This document shows positions 47,571-57,713 of a DNA stretch of 64,000 bases, piece by piece. The notes under the pieces were generated by a model. That model made no database searches, was not told where the DNA came from, and saw only the letters and a program-made list of their open reading frames with translations. The stretch spans positions 32,001-96,000 of the forward strand of contig JBBCKI010000068.1 in the NCBI GenBank assembly GCA_037190965.1, written 5' to 3'. This DNA is from Chthoniobacteraceae bacterium (lineage in GTDB: Bacteria; Verrucomicrobiota; Verrucomicrobiia; Chthoniobacterales; Chthoniobacteraceae). The stretch's first letter is position 1; every line of letters starts with the position of its first letter. The position numbers and the translations under genes were made by a program.

Positions 47571-48743
47571 CTAGGGTTGCTCCGGTTTCTCCTCGGCTGC
47601 GGGAGTCTCCTTCGTTTCCAGAAGATCGGCGCGCGGTTTGAAGAGCGGTTCAAAGGCGGACTTCGAGACCAGATAGACGCGGGCTTCGAGCGTCTTTTCC
47701 TTCGCCAGCTTTTCCTCCTGCTCCTTGAGCTGCGCCGCAAACTCCGCGTCGAGCTTCTCTTTATCTTCCGGCTTTTCTTCCGGGCCGGGGGAGCGCTCCT
47801 TTTTCAGGTTCGCCGTGATGGCAATCTGAACCGGCAGGTTTTCGCCCTCGGCCTTGCCGAAAGCAAACCTATAGACAACTCCGTCGAAGGTTTCCACGGC
47901 AACAGTCTGGCTGCTTTCCACCTTGGTTTCCGGCGGAAGCACGTCGTGGAAGCCTGGTGCGCCGAGGATGGACGTGAAGTTTGGCACCTTGGCGTTGTCC
48001 AGCTTCTCTTCGGGTTTAGCTCCGTCGAGTTGCCACTCCGTCGCCATCTCGCTCTCGCGGGTTAGCTTCCAGCCGGCAGGGCTCCCTGCAATCACTGAAC
48101 GGACTTTGGCAATCCGGATGAAGTCCTTTTTAAGCCATTTCTCGGGCTTGGCCTCGGCTGACTCGAGCGTTTCCGAAACCAGCGACACCTTGCCGCCCTG
48201 TGCGGTGACCGGCATGACATAGCGTCCCGCCGGGTAGCCTTCCATGTCGGGGAGATGCGGCGATTTTTTGAGGAAACGCTTCCCGATCAACAGCGCGGCA
48301 AGAGGGTTTCCCTCTCCGTTTTTCAACTCCACGAGGGTACCGGCGCGCGAAGCTTCCGCTCCCTCGGTTTTCTTTTCCCCCGGCGCGACGAGATCGAGCC
48401 GCGCGAGTTGCGAGGGCCCTGCTTTCACCTCCTGCGTAGGCTTAAGTTCCCATAACCCCCGGATCAATTCCTTGATTCGGTTGAAGTCGGCGGGGTAATC
48501 GCCGCGATCTTCCACCACCCAGAGGTCGCCTTTTTTAACGAGGCCGAGCGTGCCGTTCTCTTCCTTGATCGTGACGCGGTTGACCGCGTTGAGATCGAAA
48601 GTACCCAGAACGGTATTGCCCGCGGAGCCCGAAAAGGACGTGCTGCCATTCCAACTGGCGGCGTTGCGGCGGTAGGCGGCAAGGCCCACTCCTCCGACCA
48701 CGAGGCCGAGAACAAGAAGAAGTCTGAACTGCTTACGATTCAT
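47571..48743 (-). CDS. DUF4340-like membrane-anchored protein
   Basis: N-terminal TM, YPADFNRI, LLIGK; typical last gene of GldA/F/G-like ABC clusters. Confidence 0.7.
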   Translation of the reverse strand: MNRKQFRLLLVLGLVVGGVGLAAYRRNAASWNGSTSFSGSAGNTVLGTFDLNAVNRVTIKEENGTLGLVKKGDLWVVEDRGDYPADFNRIKELIRGLWELKPTQEVKAGPSQLARLDLVAPGEKKTEGAEASRAGTLVELKNGEGNPLAALLIGKRFLKKSPHLPDMEGYPAGRYVMPVTAQGGKVSLVSETLESAEAKPEKWLKKDFIRIAKVRSVIAGSPAGWKLTRESEMATEWQLDGAKPEEKLDNAKVPNFTSILGAPGFHDVLPPETKVESSQTVAVETFDGVVYRFAFGKAEGENLPVQIAITANLKKERSPGPEEKPEDKEKLDAEFAAQLKEQEEKLAKEKTLEARVYLVSKSAFEPLFKPRADLLETKETPAAEEKPEQP

Positions 48744-48746
48744 CGT

Positions 48747-50624
48747 TTATTTTGCCGAGGTGCGTTTCCGTTGATAAAGGCCGAGCCCGATGCCGTAGAG
48801 AGTCACGGCCAAAGGCATCGCCGCGATATTGATCCACTTCACGCGGGTTTCCAGCGCGTCGGTGTCCGAGCGAAGGTTGCGCCGGACTTCCTTGAGTTGT
48901 TTTCTGACTTCAGCCTCCGTTTTGCGAAACTTGGCGATCTCCGCCTGCTGTTCCGCCGTGAGAATGAAACGCTGCCCGTTTCCTTCCTGGCTCTGCTGGA
49001 TCTCGCCAAGCTTGCGTTGCGTTTCCGATAGGCTCATTTCCAACTCACCGATCTTGCTCTGGTAGGCCGCTCCCGCTCGCGCTTCCATCTTCTGCACCGC
49101 CGTGAAGGGCCGTTCCCGCGAGGCGCGGCTGCGGACGGCGATGAGATCGTTGTCGCCGCTCAATTGTTCCACCGCCGCCTGGGCAAACGCGAGATTCCCG
49201 TTGGCGGGCAGCAGCATCCGGCTGCCGGTGAACGGGTTCTGCTGTTCGATGACCGCCACCGGGTCCTGAATCATATCCGAGTCGCCGATCAGAATGACGC
49301 TGCTTTCCTGGGTCGATTCCTTCAGCCCCGGCTCTGAGGCCGGTTGGTCCGGTTTCTCATCGGTCCTTTCTGCATTCGCGGGAGCCTTCGGCTTGCCATC
49401 GGGGAAGGCGGTCTTGAACTTTCCGGTCAGCCGGATGGCCAGCGGGAATTCTTTGTCGGCGGGCTGGAGGCTGCGGAGGACTTCCTCGGGCGACGTCTGC
49501 GCCAGCATCGGCTCGGCCAACTCCGCGTTCCTGGAGGAACGGAGTAATACCGTTTCTTTCAACCCTTCCACGGGCGTGCCGCTGAACGCACCCGCGTAGA
49601 CGAGGAAAAGGTTATTCGCCCCCGCCGTCAGGATGTCCTCGCGGGAAAGCGCCTCGCCGTTGAGCGACAGGATACCGGGGGCGCGGCCCCGGGCGGTGCG
49701 CGCAAGGTACTCGGCGTCGACCACCGTTTTGGAAGTTTCGAAGCTCTTGCCCCACGCCGGGAGCAGTTTCTCCAGATTGGAGCCGCCCCCGCCCCTCATC
49801 CCGGGGGATTGTTGGTCGAGCACCGCGCTCGGGTCGAGGAAGGCGATGAGCTTGCCGCCCCGCAGGACAAACTGATCGATGGCATATTGGGTCTCTTCGC
49901 CGATCCCGCGAGGGTGGATCAGCACCAGCACCTTGATTTCATCGGGAATCTTGTCCGCCGTCAGCGGGACCTCCTGAATCTCGAAGTCGCGCTTGAGCTC
50001 CCGGTAGATCGTCCATGGCTCCTGGCCGCTGCGCTGCCCCATTTGCATCAGCATCGGGTTCATCGGCGCGCCTGCCATCGGGAGCGGGGTCATCAAGCCG
50101 ACCACCGGCTTCTTTGCGTTGGCCACACGCGTGATCGCGCGGGAGAGGTCATACTCCAAAAGACGTTCGCGGCCGGGATCCAGGAAGGAGATCGCCTCTT
50201 TTTGGTCGAGGAGGCTGATGCTGAGCCCGAGATAAAGCCGGTCGCCGTTGGAAAGCGGTTCGCCCTCGATGCCGTCAAGTTTTGCGGAGTCTTCCGCATC
50301 CGAGTCCGGCTCCGGGTTGAGCTTCTGGATCTCCACGAGCCCTCGGGAAGCCTGCCGGTATTCATCGAGCAAATCCTCCACCTGCTGAGCATAGAGCTTG
50401 AGCTGGGGAGGCATGGTTTCATTGCGGGTGCAGTAGAACCGGATCTGCACCGGCGTATCGAGCCGGGATAGGATCGAGCGAGTCCCGTCGGAAAGCGTGT
50501 AGGCTTTCTCTTCGGTAAGATCGATGCGTTTGGGAACCCGCCCCGCCAGATAGTTGGCGGCGACGAGGGTAAGAAAGACGGCGGCAACCCCCACCGCCGA
50601 GGTGAAAATGGGTGATTTCTTCAT
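48747..50624 (-). CDS. GldG-like ABC-type uncharacterized transport auxiliary component
   Basis: RIDLTEEKAYTLSDGT, LEYDLSRAI, IDQFVLRGG, IGDSDM, C-terminal TM. Confidence 0.85.
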   Translation of the reverse strand: MKKSPIFTSAVGVAAVFLTLVAANYLAGRVPKRIDLTEEKAYTLSDGTRSILSRLDTPVQIRFYCTRNETMPPQLKLYAQQVEDLLDEYRQASRGLVEIQKLNPEPDSDAEDSAKLDGIEGEPLSNGDRLYLGLSISLLDQKEAISFLDPGRERLLEYDLSRAITRVANAKKPVVGLMTPLPMAGAPMNPMLMQMGQRSGQEPWTIYRELKRDFEIQEVPLTADKIPDEIKVLVLIHPRGIGEETQYAIDQFVLRGGKLIAFLDPSAVLDQQSPGMRGGGGSNLEKLLPAWGKSFETSKTVVDAEYLARTARGRAPGILSLNGEALSREDILTAGANNLFLVYAGAFSGTPVEGLKETVLLRSSRNAELAEPMLAQTSPEEVLRSLQPADKEFPLAIRLTGKFKTAFPDGKPKAPANAERTDEKPDQPASEPGLKESTQESSVILIGDSDMIQDPVAVIEQQNPFTGSRMLLPANGNLAFAQAAVEQLSGDNDLIAVRSRASRERPFTAVQKMEARAGAAYQSKIGELEMSLSETQRKLGEIQQSQEGNGQRFILTAEQQAEIAKFRKTEAEVRKQLKEVRRNLRSDTDALETRVKWINIAAMPLAVTLYGIGLGLYQRKRTSAK

Positions 50625-50642
50625 GGCGAAGGAAAAGAAACG

Positions 50643-51392
50643 TTAGCCTGCGCGATGGGCGCGAAGGATTACGCTGGTGGTGAAAAGGGAAAAACCGATG
50701 ACGGAGAAGAAGAAGAGGATGTCCCGGGAATCGAGCACCCCTTTCTGCAACCCGATGGAATGGGTCATCACGCTGAAGGATGCGATCGTCTCCACCAGCC
50801 ACGGGCTTGCCCAGCGAACTAGCATGTCGGTGACGGGGGGCCATCCCGCGAGAATGAGAAAGAGGCAGACAACCACGGAAACGATGAAACTGACCACCTG
50901 GTTGCGCGTCATTGCCGAGGTCATCGCCGTGATGGCCAAATAGGTCCCCGCCAGCAGGAAGCTCCCGAGGTAGCCCGCGAAGATGATGCCGTTATCGGGC
51001 TGGCCGAGCGAGTTCACCGTGATCACCATCGGAAACGTCAGGAGGAGGGCGATCCCAAGCACCGCCCACGCCGCCAGGAATTTGCCGACAATCGCCTGCC
51101 ACGGGGTGATCGGCATCGTCATCAGCAGCTCAATAGTGCCGAGTCGCCGTTCTTCCGACCACATCCGCATCCCGACTGCCGGGACAAGGAAGAGGTATAG
51201 CCACGGGTGCCAGGTAAAGAAGCGGTCGAGCCGTGCTTCTCCCGCGCTGAACCAACCCGCCGCCATGAAGGTGAAGAAGCCGGATAGCAGCAGGAAGATC
51301 ACGATGAAGACATACGCAACCGGCGAGGAAAAGAATCCCGCCACCTCGCGTTTGGTGATCGTCCAGATATTGCGAAGAGCCGTTGCGTTCAT
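50643..51392 (-). CDS. ABC-2 permease (GldF-like)
   Basis: FFSSPVAYV, MRMWSEERRLGTIELLMT, GKFLA, TRNQVV. Confidence 0.9.
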   Translation of the reverse strand: MNATALRNIWTITKREVAGFFSSPVAYVFIVIFLLLSGFFTFMAAGWFSAGEARLDRFFTWHPWLYLFLVPAVGMRMWSEERRLGTIELLMTMPITPWQAIVGKFLAAWAVLGIALLLTFPMVITVNSLGQPDNGIIFAGYLGSFLLAGTYLAITAMTSAMTRNQVVSFIVSVVVCLFLILAGWPPVTDMLVRWASPWLVETIASFSVMTHSIGLQKGVLDSRDILFFFSVIGFSLFTTSVILRAHRAG

Positions 51393-52363
51393 GCCGCCTC
51401 CTTCGTTTTCTCCGCGGAGCGGTCGCCCAGCGTGATGCTTCGGAAAACCTCGTCCAGTCGTCCCTCCTCGGTGTGGAGTTCCTCCACCGTCCAGCCTTCG
51501 CGGGCGGCCAGTTGGGAGATGGCGCGTGCCAATTCGCCGTCAGGAGAGCCGTCTCGGCATCCCTTGGCCCGGAGGGCAAGGGGGTCGAGAATCATCGCGC
51601 TCTCCACGCCCGGCAACGAGCGGATCTTCGCGGCGAGCGCCTCGGGCGACGGCGCGCCTTTTTCGGATAGCCGCAACGTAACTGCGCCTGCGTTTGCGGA
51701 ACGGCGTTTCAGATCGCGCGGCGTGCCATTGGCAACCACCTGCCCCCGGTCGATGATGATCGCGCGGGAGCAGACCGCCTCGACTTCCTCAAGAATATGC
51801 GTGGAGAAGATGATCGCCTTCTTCTCGCCCATCGTGCGGATGAGCGTGCGGACTTCGTGCTTCTGGTTCGGGTCGAGCCCGTCGGTCGGCTCATCGAGGA
51901 TGAGGACTTCGGGATCGTGGATGATCGACTGCGCGAAACAGGTCCGGTGCCGGTATCCCTTGGAAAGCGTCTCGATGCTCTGCTGGAGGACCGGCTCCAG
52001 GAAACACATCTCCACGGCTCGATGGATCGCTTTGTTGAGCGAACTGCCGGAGAGACCCCGGAGTTCCGCCGCGAAGCGGAGAAAACCGCCCACGGTCATA
52101 TCGCCGTAGGAGGGGGCGTTTTCCGGGAGATAGCCGATCAACCGCTTCGCGGCAAGCGGCTCCTCTTCCACATTGTATCCTCCCACCGTGACGTCGCCGT
52201 CGCTCGGAGGGATGAAGCCGGTGATCATGCGCATGGTCGTCGACTTTCCAGCGCCATTGGGGCCAAGAAAACCGAGCACCTCGCCTTTTTCGACCGAGAA
52301 GGAAACGCCGTCGACGGCGATCTTCGGTCCGAAATGCTTTCTAAGGTTTCGAACGTTTATCAT
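51389..52363 (-). CDS. ABC transporter ATP-binding protein (GldA-like)
   Basis: GPNGAGKST, LSKGYRHR, ILDEPT, STH. Confidence 0.93.
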   Translation of the reverse strand: MINVRNLRKHFGPKIAVDGVSFSVEKGEVLGFLGPNGAGKSTTMRMITGFIPPSDGDVTVGGYNVEEEPLAAKRLIGYLPENAPSYGDMTVGGFLRFAAELRGLSGSSLNKAIHRAVEMCFLEPVLQQSIETLSKGYRHRTCFAQSIIHDPEVLILDEPTDGLDPNQKHEVRTLIRTMGEKKAIIFSTHILEEVEAVCSRAIIIDRGQVVANGTPRDLKRRSANAGAVTLRLSEKGAPSPEALAAKIRSLPGVESAMILDPLALRAKGCRDGSPDGELARAISQLAAREGWTVEELHTEEGRLDEVFRSITLGDRSAEKTKEAA

Positions 52364-52498
52364 GCCTTTGGGAAAGGCGACCGTTCAAGGACCGGGGGTA
52401 GTGTTTCTCAAGGGGTCCCGGTCTTTGGGACGCCAGTGAGCGTTTTCGACACGGCTCTTTCGGGAACGTTCAAAAAATTCCGAGAAATTTTTGGGAGC

Positions 52499-52530
52499 AA
52501 AAAAAACGCCCCGCCTGGACGCGGGGCGTT
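52499..52530 (-). terminator. Rho-independent terminator after nuoA
   Basis: AACGCCCCGC-loop-GCGGGGCGTT stem followed by a U-tract on the minus strand. Confidence 0.8.
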
Positions 52531-52555
52531 CTAAAAAAGTGGGGTGCCGAAGCGC

Positions 52556-52933
52556 TTAGTTTTTCCAGTCCAAAACGCCTTTTTTGATGGCATAAGCGTA
52601 TCCGACGGTGAGGATGCCCACGAAGCTGAGCATGCTCCAGAGAATCACGAGCGATTTGCTTTCGGCGATGAAGTCGCGGAACACCAAGGCCCATGGATAC
52701 ATGAAGACCACTTCCAGATCGAAGAGGATGAAGAGCATTGCCACGAGGTAGAACTTCACCGCAAAGCGAGGCTGGCCGCTGATTTCGGGCAGCATGCCGC
52801 ACTCGTAGGGAGTATCTTTCGTGGCGTTGCGGCGACCGGCTTTGCCGAGAACCACGCTGAGAATCAGCGCGGATGCGGCAAAGCCGATCGCGACGACGAC
52901 CTGGAGCAGGATAGGGAGATAATCTTTTAACAT
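52556..52933 (-). CDS. nuoA: NADH-quinone oxidoreductase subunit A
   Basis: PYECG, FYLVAMLFILFDLEVVFMYPWA, KKGVLDW. Confidence 0.95.
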   Translation of the reverse strand: MLKDYLPILLQVVVAIGFAASALILSVVLGKAGRRNATKDTPYECGMLPEISGQPRFAVKFYLVAMLFILFDLEVVFMYPWALVFRDFIAESKSLVILWSMLSFVGILTVGYAYAIKKGVLDWKN

Positions 52934-52982
52934 GACCCGTGCTGGTTAAGCGGGTTGGGTTTGCCAGGTTGTATGCGGCTGT

Positions 52983-53318
52983 TTACGCAACTGCGGCGGC
53001 CGGGGCGGCTGGAGCAGCGGGATCGGCAGCGGGCGTTGCCGGCGTTTGCATGGAGGCCAGGGCAGCCAGGCCACGGTACTTTTTGCCGGTCTTTTTGACC
53101 ATGCCCCGAGCTACCAAATTTTGCAGCTTTTCATAGGCCCGCAGACGAAGCATCTCCTCGCCTCCGCTGGCGGCGTTTCTTGCGCGCAGGTTTTCATGCA
53201 CGATATCGAACAGCTGCTTGAATTCGAAAGAGCTTTTGCGCGAAAGCACGCTAACCAACTCTTCCGTCACAAGGTCGGGAAGGCGGCGCGAAAAAGCAGT
53301 TTTCTTCTGAATAGGCAT
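52983..53318 (-). CDS. Small basic hypothetical protein (possible winged helix)
   Basis: GGEEMLRLRAYEKLQNLVARGMVKKTGKKY; Pro/Ala tail. Confidence 0.7.
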   Translation of the reverse strand: MPIQKKTAFSRRLPDLVTEELVSVLSRKSSFEFKQLFDIVHENLRARNAASGGEEMLRLRAYEKLQNLVARGMVKKTGKKYRGLAALASMQTPATPAADPAAPAAPAAAVA

Positions 53319-53383
53319 AGAATTGCACTATAACAGCTTTTCTGCGAATCACGAATGGAAAATTCGGGCAATACAAATTTTCA

Positions 53384-55225
53384 TTAATCGGGCGAGCCGG
53401 GCTTGTCGGATGCAGGCTCTTGCGTCGAAGTCGAAATTGGAGGCTGAGGCGCCTTCGGTGTCTGAGGGCGCGATCTTGGCACGCCGGGGATATTGGGCTT
53501 CCCGAAGCCCGGCAACTGCATCTTGCCCTGCATGGCGGGCACGAGGGCCGCGCCGCCGAGGGCACCGATTCCGATCCCGCCCTGCGAGAATGTCACGGTG
53601 CCGGTGCTCTCCCCAAAAAAGCCGTCTTCGGTCTGCGAAGAGGAAAAGACGGTGGGGAGAAGGTGTTTGCTGATCGGTTCGGTCGTTGGCAGCTTCGCGA
53701 CATCCACATAGGTTGCCGCCTGGGGAACGAACGCCGCCCACATCATGGCAGCCGGGCGAAGCGATCCGTAAACACGTTCAAAAATGGCTTTCGAATCGAC
53801 ATAACCGAGGACGGAGCCTGGCTTGGCGACGGTGGCGAGGGCGCTTTCGTAGGTCGGCGTGGTCGCGAGGGTCTTTCCGGTGGCGCCGGCGGCGGTCTTT
53901 GCCACGGCGGCCTTGACGCCCGCGAGGTCGATCCCCAGGAGCACGTGCTTCTCCGTAAGGGCAACGGTTGGCGAAATGGCGAACATCCCCTCTTTCGAGG
54001 GCGCGGACCAATAGGTTGCGTCTCCCGCTTCCTGCTTGTTCCAGCCGGCGCAGCAGGTTTCCACAATCTTGCGCGCCAAGGCGGCATCGCGAACCTCCGT
54101 GGTAATAGCGACGGTTGGGGATAGAGCCGAGGCAGGCCAATCGGAGATGATGCTGAACTCCGGTCCCATCGCGGCTTTGAATTCCGCTCCGCCGATTCCC
54201 TGCTGGCTGAGTTGGCCGGAGATCGACTGAAGGGCGTTGAGGAATCCGCTGGGATCAGCCGCGGCATTGGGGGCTTCCCATTTCTCCGGCAGGACTGGAG
54301 CGAAAGCATAATAGAAGAGCGTTTCCGGAGAGGTCAGCGCGAGAGTGCCGCCGCTTAGGGTAGGGGTCCGGGCGGCATTAGGGCTTAGAATAAAGTAGCT
54401 ATCCCGAATGCGCTCTCCCTCAAACCGGGTGGTCGCGGCAAAGGCCTTCATTTTCCGGATCTCTTCAACCTGCGCGGCATCCACCGGCTTCCCTGAGACG
54501 GCCGCCAGCGCCACGATCCGGTCAACCAGAGCGTCGACTTTGGCGAAGACGCGGAATTCCGGATCCTGCGAAAGGCGGGCAAGGCTCTTGCGGTAGACTT
54601 CGCCGTCGGCGAGTGCTTTTTCCTGCGTCTCTCCGGAGAAGCGGTCCAGAGTGGCTTTCAGAAGATCGATGTTATTGGCGACCAGATACCAGTTCCCGGC
54701 AAAGGCTCCGGCAACGGTAATATCTCTATCGCTGAAGCTTTCGATCTCGAAGTTCTTGTACTTTACGAGATCGGCTTTTCCACCGGGCGAGGCGGCGTGG
54801 GCCTGCGTCTTGGCTTTGGCGACCAGCGCTTCGACTTCGCCTCGAGGGCCGCTGAAGGCGAGCCCACCCACGACTTTGGGCATGTTGTTTTCGATCCCGG
54901 CGAGCGAGATGAACGCGCTCCGGGCGTCCGCCTGGCGGAGATGGGTTTTCACCGATTCCCACGTTTCATTGGTGGGGATCTGGGTGCGCGGACGTTCCAG
55001 GAAGGCCTGTACCTCCGGTTCGTGGATGATTTTCCAGAGCGAAGTCTCCCGCCAGCGGGCTCCGCTCGCCTTGAAGTCGGGGAACTCGGCAAACGCCATG
55101 GTCTCCTCAGAGACGAGTTGCGCCGCCGAAAGGGCCGAGCCGCCGCGCTTTTTCCACGTCAACAAGCCGATGGCGGCACCACCTGCCACGCCAACCGCTA
55201 CGATTGTGAGAACTGCCTTTTTCAT
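53384..55225 (-). CDS. Membrane-anchored hypothetical protein (possibly DUF3352-like)
   Basis: Start moved to MKKAVLTIVAVG (upstream extension runs through a repeat); N-terminal TM; Pro-rich tail. Confidence 0.7.
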   Translation of the reverse strand: MKKAVLTIVAVGVAGGAAIGLLTWKKRGGSALSAAQLVSEETMAFAEFPDFKASGARWRETSLWKIIHEPEVQAFLERPRTQIPTNETWESVKTHLRQADARSAFISLAGIENNMPKVVGGLAFSGPRGEVEALVAKAKTQAHAASPGGKADLVKYKNFEIESFSDRDITVAGAFAGNWYLVANNIDLLKATLDRFSGETQEKALADGEVYRKSLARLSQDPEFRVFAKVDALVDRIVALAAVSGKPVDAAQVEEIRKMKAFAATTRFEGERIRDSYFILSPNAARTPTLSGGTLALTSPETLFYYAFAPVLPEKWEAPNAAADPSGFLNALQSISGQLSQQGIGGAEFKAAMGPEFSIISDWPASALSPTVAITTEVRDAALARKIVETCCAGWNKQEAGDATYWSAPSKEGMFAISPTVALTEKHVLLGIDLAGVKAAVAKTAAGATGKTLATTPTYESALATVAKPGSVLGYVDSKAIFERVYGSLRPAAMMWAAFVPQAATYVDVAKLPTTEPISKHLLPTVFSSSQTEDGFFGESTGTVTFSQGGIGIGALGGAALVPAMQGKMQLPGFGKPNIPGVPRSRPQTPKAPQPPISTSTQEPASDKPGSPD

Positions 55226-55442
55226 GAAAGAGTGGGGGAATCTATCGCGTTTTTGGAATTTATCCTCTTTTTCCGTGTCCGGCGCCAATGGTCCGGCAAA
55301 CCGCAGGTTGCCCCTGATCGCTGAAACTCCGGGGCGAGACAAGAAAAAACGGCGCTTGCTGCCGGGGGAAGAGTCTCGCGCCAAGCACGCAGAGTACGCA
55401 TAGAAGAATAAGGGCGGGCGCGACGGGGAAGTTATGAAAGAT

Positions 55443-55602
55443 GGTGCGGGAGCACCGGTAGCCGCTCGCGCCGCCGAGCGCGGGTATCGACTCCCGTGGC
55501 TCCATGAAAGCCGCATCCCGACATCTGCAGCCCGTCCTGCGGGGATGGACGTCAAACGTGACTCGTAGTCCCATCCCGCGCTCTCGGCGAGAGCGGGCTA
55601 CC
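55443..55602 (-). repeat. REPIN-like family A, copy 5 (reverse orientation, in divergent promoter region)
   Basis: GGTGCGGGAGCACCGGTAGCCGCTCGCGCCGCCGAGCGCGGG...CCCGCGCTCTCGGCGAGAGCGGGCTACC. Confidence 0.88.
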
Positions 55603-55740
55603 TTTCTTCAATCACGCAACCGGACGCTGACCTGGCGGACGGCGTTCTTGGCGCGAAACCTTTCACCGACGCCCTATTTCCCCGACCGGACGCTTTTTTG
55701 CACTTTGCACTTCGGGAGCAACGCTCCATTGTCCCCTCCT

Positions 55741-56343
55741 GTGATCACATTTCTGGAAGGTACGCTGGCGGAAGCGCTCCCCACGCAGATCGTCGTCAAC
55801 GTCCACGGCGTCGGCTATGAAGTGCTTATTCCGCTCTCCAGCTACGACAAGCTCCCGGTTGTCGGGAAACCGGTTAAAATTCTGACGCATCTCCAGGTGC
55901 GGGAAGACGCGCACCTTCTCTATGGGTTCATGACCCCTGCTGAGCGCGATCTCTTCCGGCTGCTAGTCAACCATGTTTCCGGCATCGGCCCGAAGCTCGC
56001 GATGGCGGTGCTCGCGGGAATGAGCGTGGTCAACTTCAAGGCGGCGGTGGTCAATTCGGACACCGGGCTGATCGCCAAGATTTCCGGCATCGGCAAAAAG
56101 ACTGCCGAACGGATCGTTCTGGAGCTTAAAGATAAAGTAGGCGTGGCGGCGGCCTGGGAGGCGGCCTCGGCCCAGCACACTCCAAATGCAGAGGAAGTGC
56201 GTATCAATGACGCGGTTCTGGCGCTGATCTCCCTGGGATACAAACAGGTGGATGCTCATAAAGCAGTCAAACAGGCATTCACGGCCGGTCCCGCAGCCGC
56301 CGTCGAAGACCTCGTGCGTCACGCTCTTAAACTTCTAATCTGA
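55741..56343 (+). CDS. ruvA: Holliday junction branch migration protein RuvA
   Basis: GTG start ITFLEGTL, VHGVGYEV, VREDAHLLYGF, SGIGPK, GIGKKTAERI, ALISLGY. Confidence 0.95.
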   Translation: MITFLEGTLAEALPTQIVVNVHGVGYEVLIPLSSYDKLPVVGKPVKILTHLQVREDAHLLYGFMTPAERDLFRLLVNHVSGIGPKLAMAVLAGMSVVNFKAAVVNSDTGLIAKISGIGKKTAERIVLELKDKVGVAAAWEAASAQHTPNAEEVRINDAVLALISLGYKQVDAHKAVKQAFTAGPAAAVEDLVRHALKLLI

Positions 56344-57674
56344 TGATAGTGGACAAAATTGAAAAGACTCGGGCGATCCGTGAAGCGGTCCCTCAGGAAG
56401 GGCTCTTTGCGGAGAAAGAGTGGCTGATTTCGCCCGAACCGTTCCCGGTTTCTTCCGCCTTTGCCGACGAGTTGGAGAAGCTTGGCCACCGGCTTCACCT
56501 TTTTCTCAAGGCCTGCAATCAACTTTACTTCGCCAGCGTTAAGGGAAAGCAGCCGCGCTGGATCGCCGAGCTGCTAGATCGGGGCAAACCGCCGGAACTG
56601 ATCGAGCTTTCACGGAAGCTGCGAGAAGAGTTGCCTGCCGTGATCCGCCCCGATCTCATCCTGACCCAGGAGGGGTTCACTATTGCCGAACTCGACAGCG
56701 TCCCCGGCGGGATCGGCCTCACGGCCTGGTTGAGCGAGCGTTACACCGGTCTCGGTTACGAGGTGCTCGGGGGCGGTGGGGGAATGCTGGAAGGCTTCCG
56801 CTCCATCACGCCGGACGGTGCGGAAATCATCGTCTCCGAAGAAGCGGCGACTTACGCCCCGGAGATGCGCTGGTTGGCAGGGGAACTCAATGCGCGCTTT
56901 GCTCCTGCCCGGCAGGCCCAGTGGTGCGTGCATGAGGTGACGGGAAACACCCCGCCGCAGTCGCTGCCGCTTCGGAACAAAAACGTCTATCGTTTTTTTG
57001 AACTCTTCGATCTCGCCAATGTCCCCGTCGCTCCGGGGTTGATGGCGGGGGCTGCGGGGGGGGATCTCCGTGTCACGCCACCATTCAAGCCATTCCTCGA
57101 GGAGAAACTCTGGTTTGCTCTCTTCTGGCTGCGGCCCTTGCGCGAGTTTTGGCGTCGGGAATTGACTGAGCGTCATTTCCTCAAATTGCAGGAAGCCATC
57201 CCCTATACTTGGCTGGTCGATCCCGAGCCGCTGCCGCCGCACGCCGTCCTGCCGGGACTGGAGGTCAATGATTGGGGCGAGGTGGCTTCGTTCTCCCAAA
57301 AACAGCGCGAGTTGATCCTGAAGATCAGCGGGTTCTCGGAGCTTGCCTGGGGGAGCCGCGGCGTTCATATGGCGTCGGATCTTTCGCAGCAGGATTGGCG
57401 GGAGGCATTGGAGACGGCGCTGGCGAGCTACGGAAAGCACCCGTACCTCTTGCAGCGGTTTCACAAGGGTCGGCTTGTCCGGCAACCTTTTGTCGATGGC
57501 GCGGAGCAATTGCAGACGATGGAGGGCCGGGTACGGTTTTGCCCCTACTATTTCCTCGAGGAGGGCAAAGCCCAGCTCCGTGGCGCGCTCGCCACGGTTT
57601 GCCCCGCCGACAAGAAGCTGCTCCACGGAATGCGGGACGCGATCCTGGTTCCGGCGGCGGTGGTGGAAGGGTGA
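56343..57674 (+). CDS. Hypothetical protein, putative circularly permuted ATP-grasp / GSP-synthase-like ligase
   Basis: IRPDLIL...IAELDSVPGGIG, LEEKL, LILKISG..AWGSRGV, LLQRF. Confidence 0.55.
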   Translation: MIVDKIEKTRAIREAVPQEGLFAEKEWLISPEPFPVSSAFADELEKLGHRLHLFLKACNQLYFASVKGKQPRWIAELLDRGKPPELIELSRKLREELPAVIRPDLILTQEGFTIAELDSVPGGIGLTAWLSERYTGLGYEVLGGGGGMLEGFRSITPDGAEIIVSEEAATYAPEMRWLAGELNARFAPARQAQWCVHEVTGNTPPQSLPLRNKNVYRFFELFDLANVPVAPGLMAGAAGGDLRVTPPFKPFLEEKLWFALFWLRPLREFWRRELTERHFLKLQEAIPYTWLVDPEPLPPHAVLPGLEVNDWGEVASFSQKQRELILKISGFSELAWGSRGVHMASDLSQQDWREALETALASYGKHPYLLQRFHKGRLVRQPFVDGAEQLQTMEGRVRFCPYYFLEEGKAQLRGALATVCPADKKLLHGMRDAILVPAAVVEG

Positions 57675-57713
57675 ACCTGAACTCCGGGTAATCGGTTCTT
57701 CGCTGTTTTCAGT

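Noticed and set aside
55226..55740. N-terminal extensions of ruvA (from 55504) and of the 53384 ORF (to 55555)
   Set aside because: They run through REPIN copy 5; homology or the signal anchor starts at 55741 and 55225 respectively.
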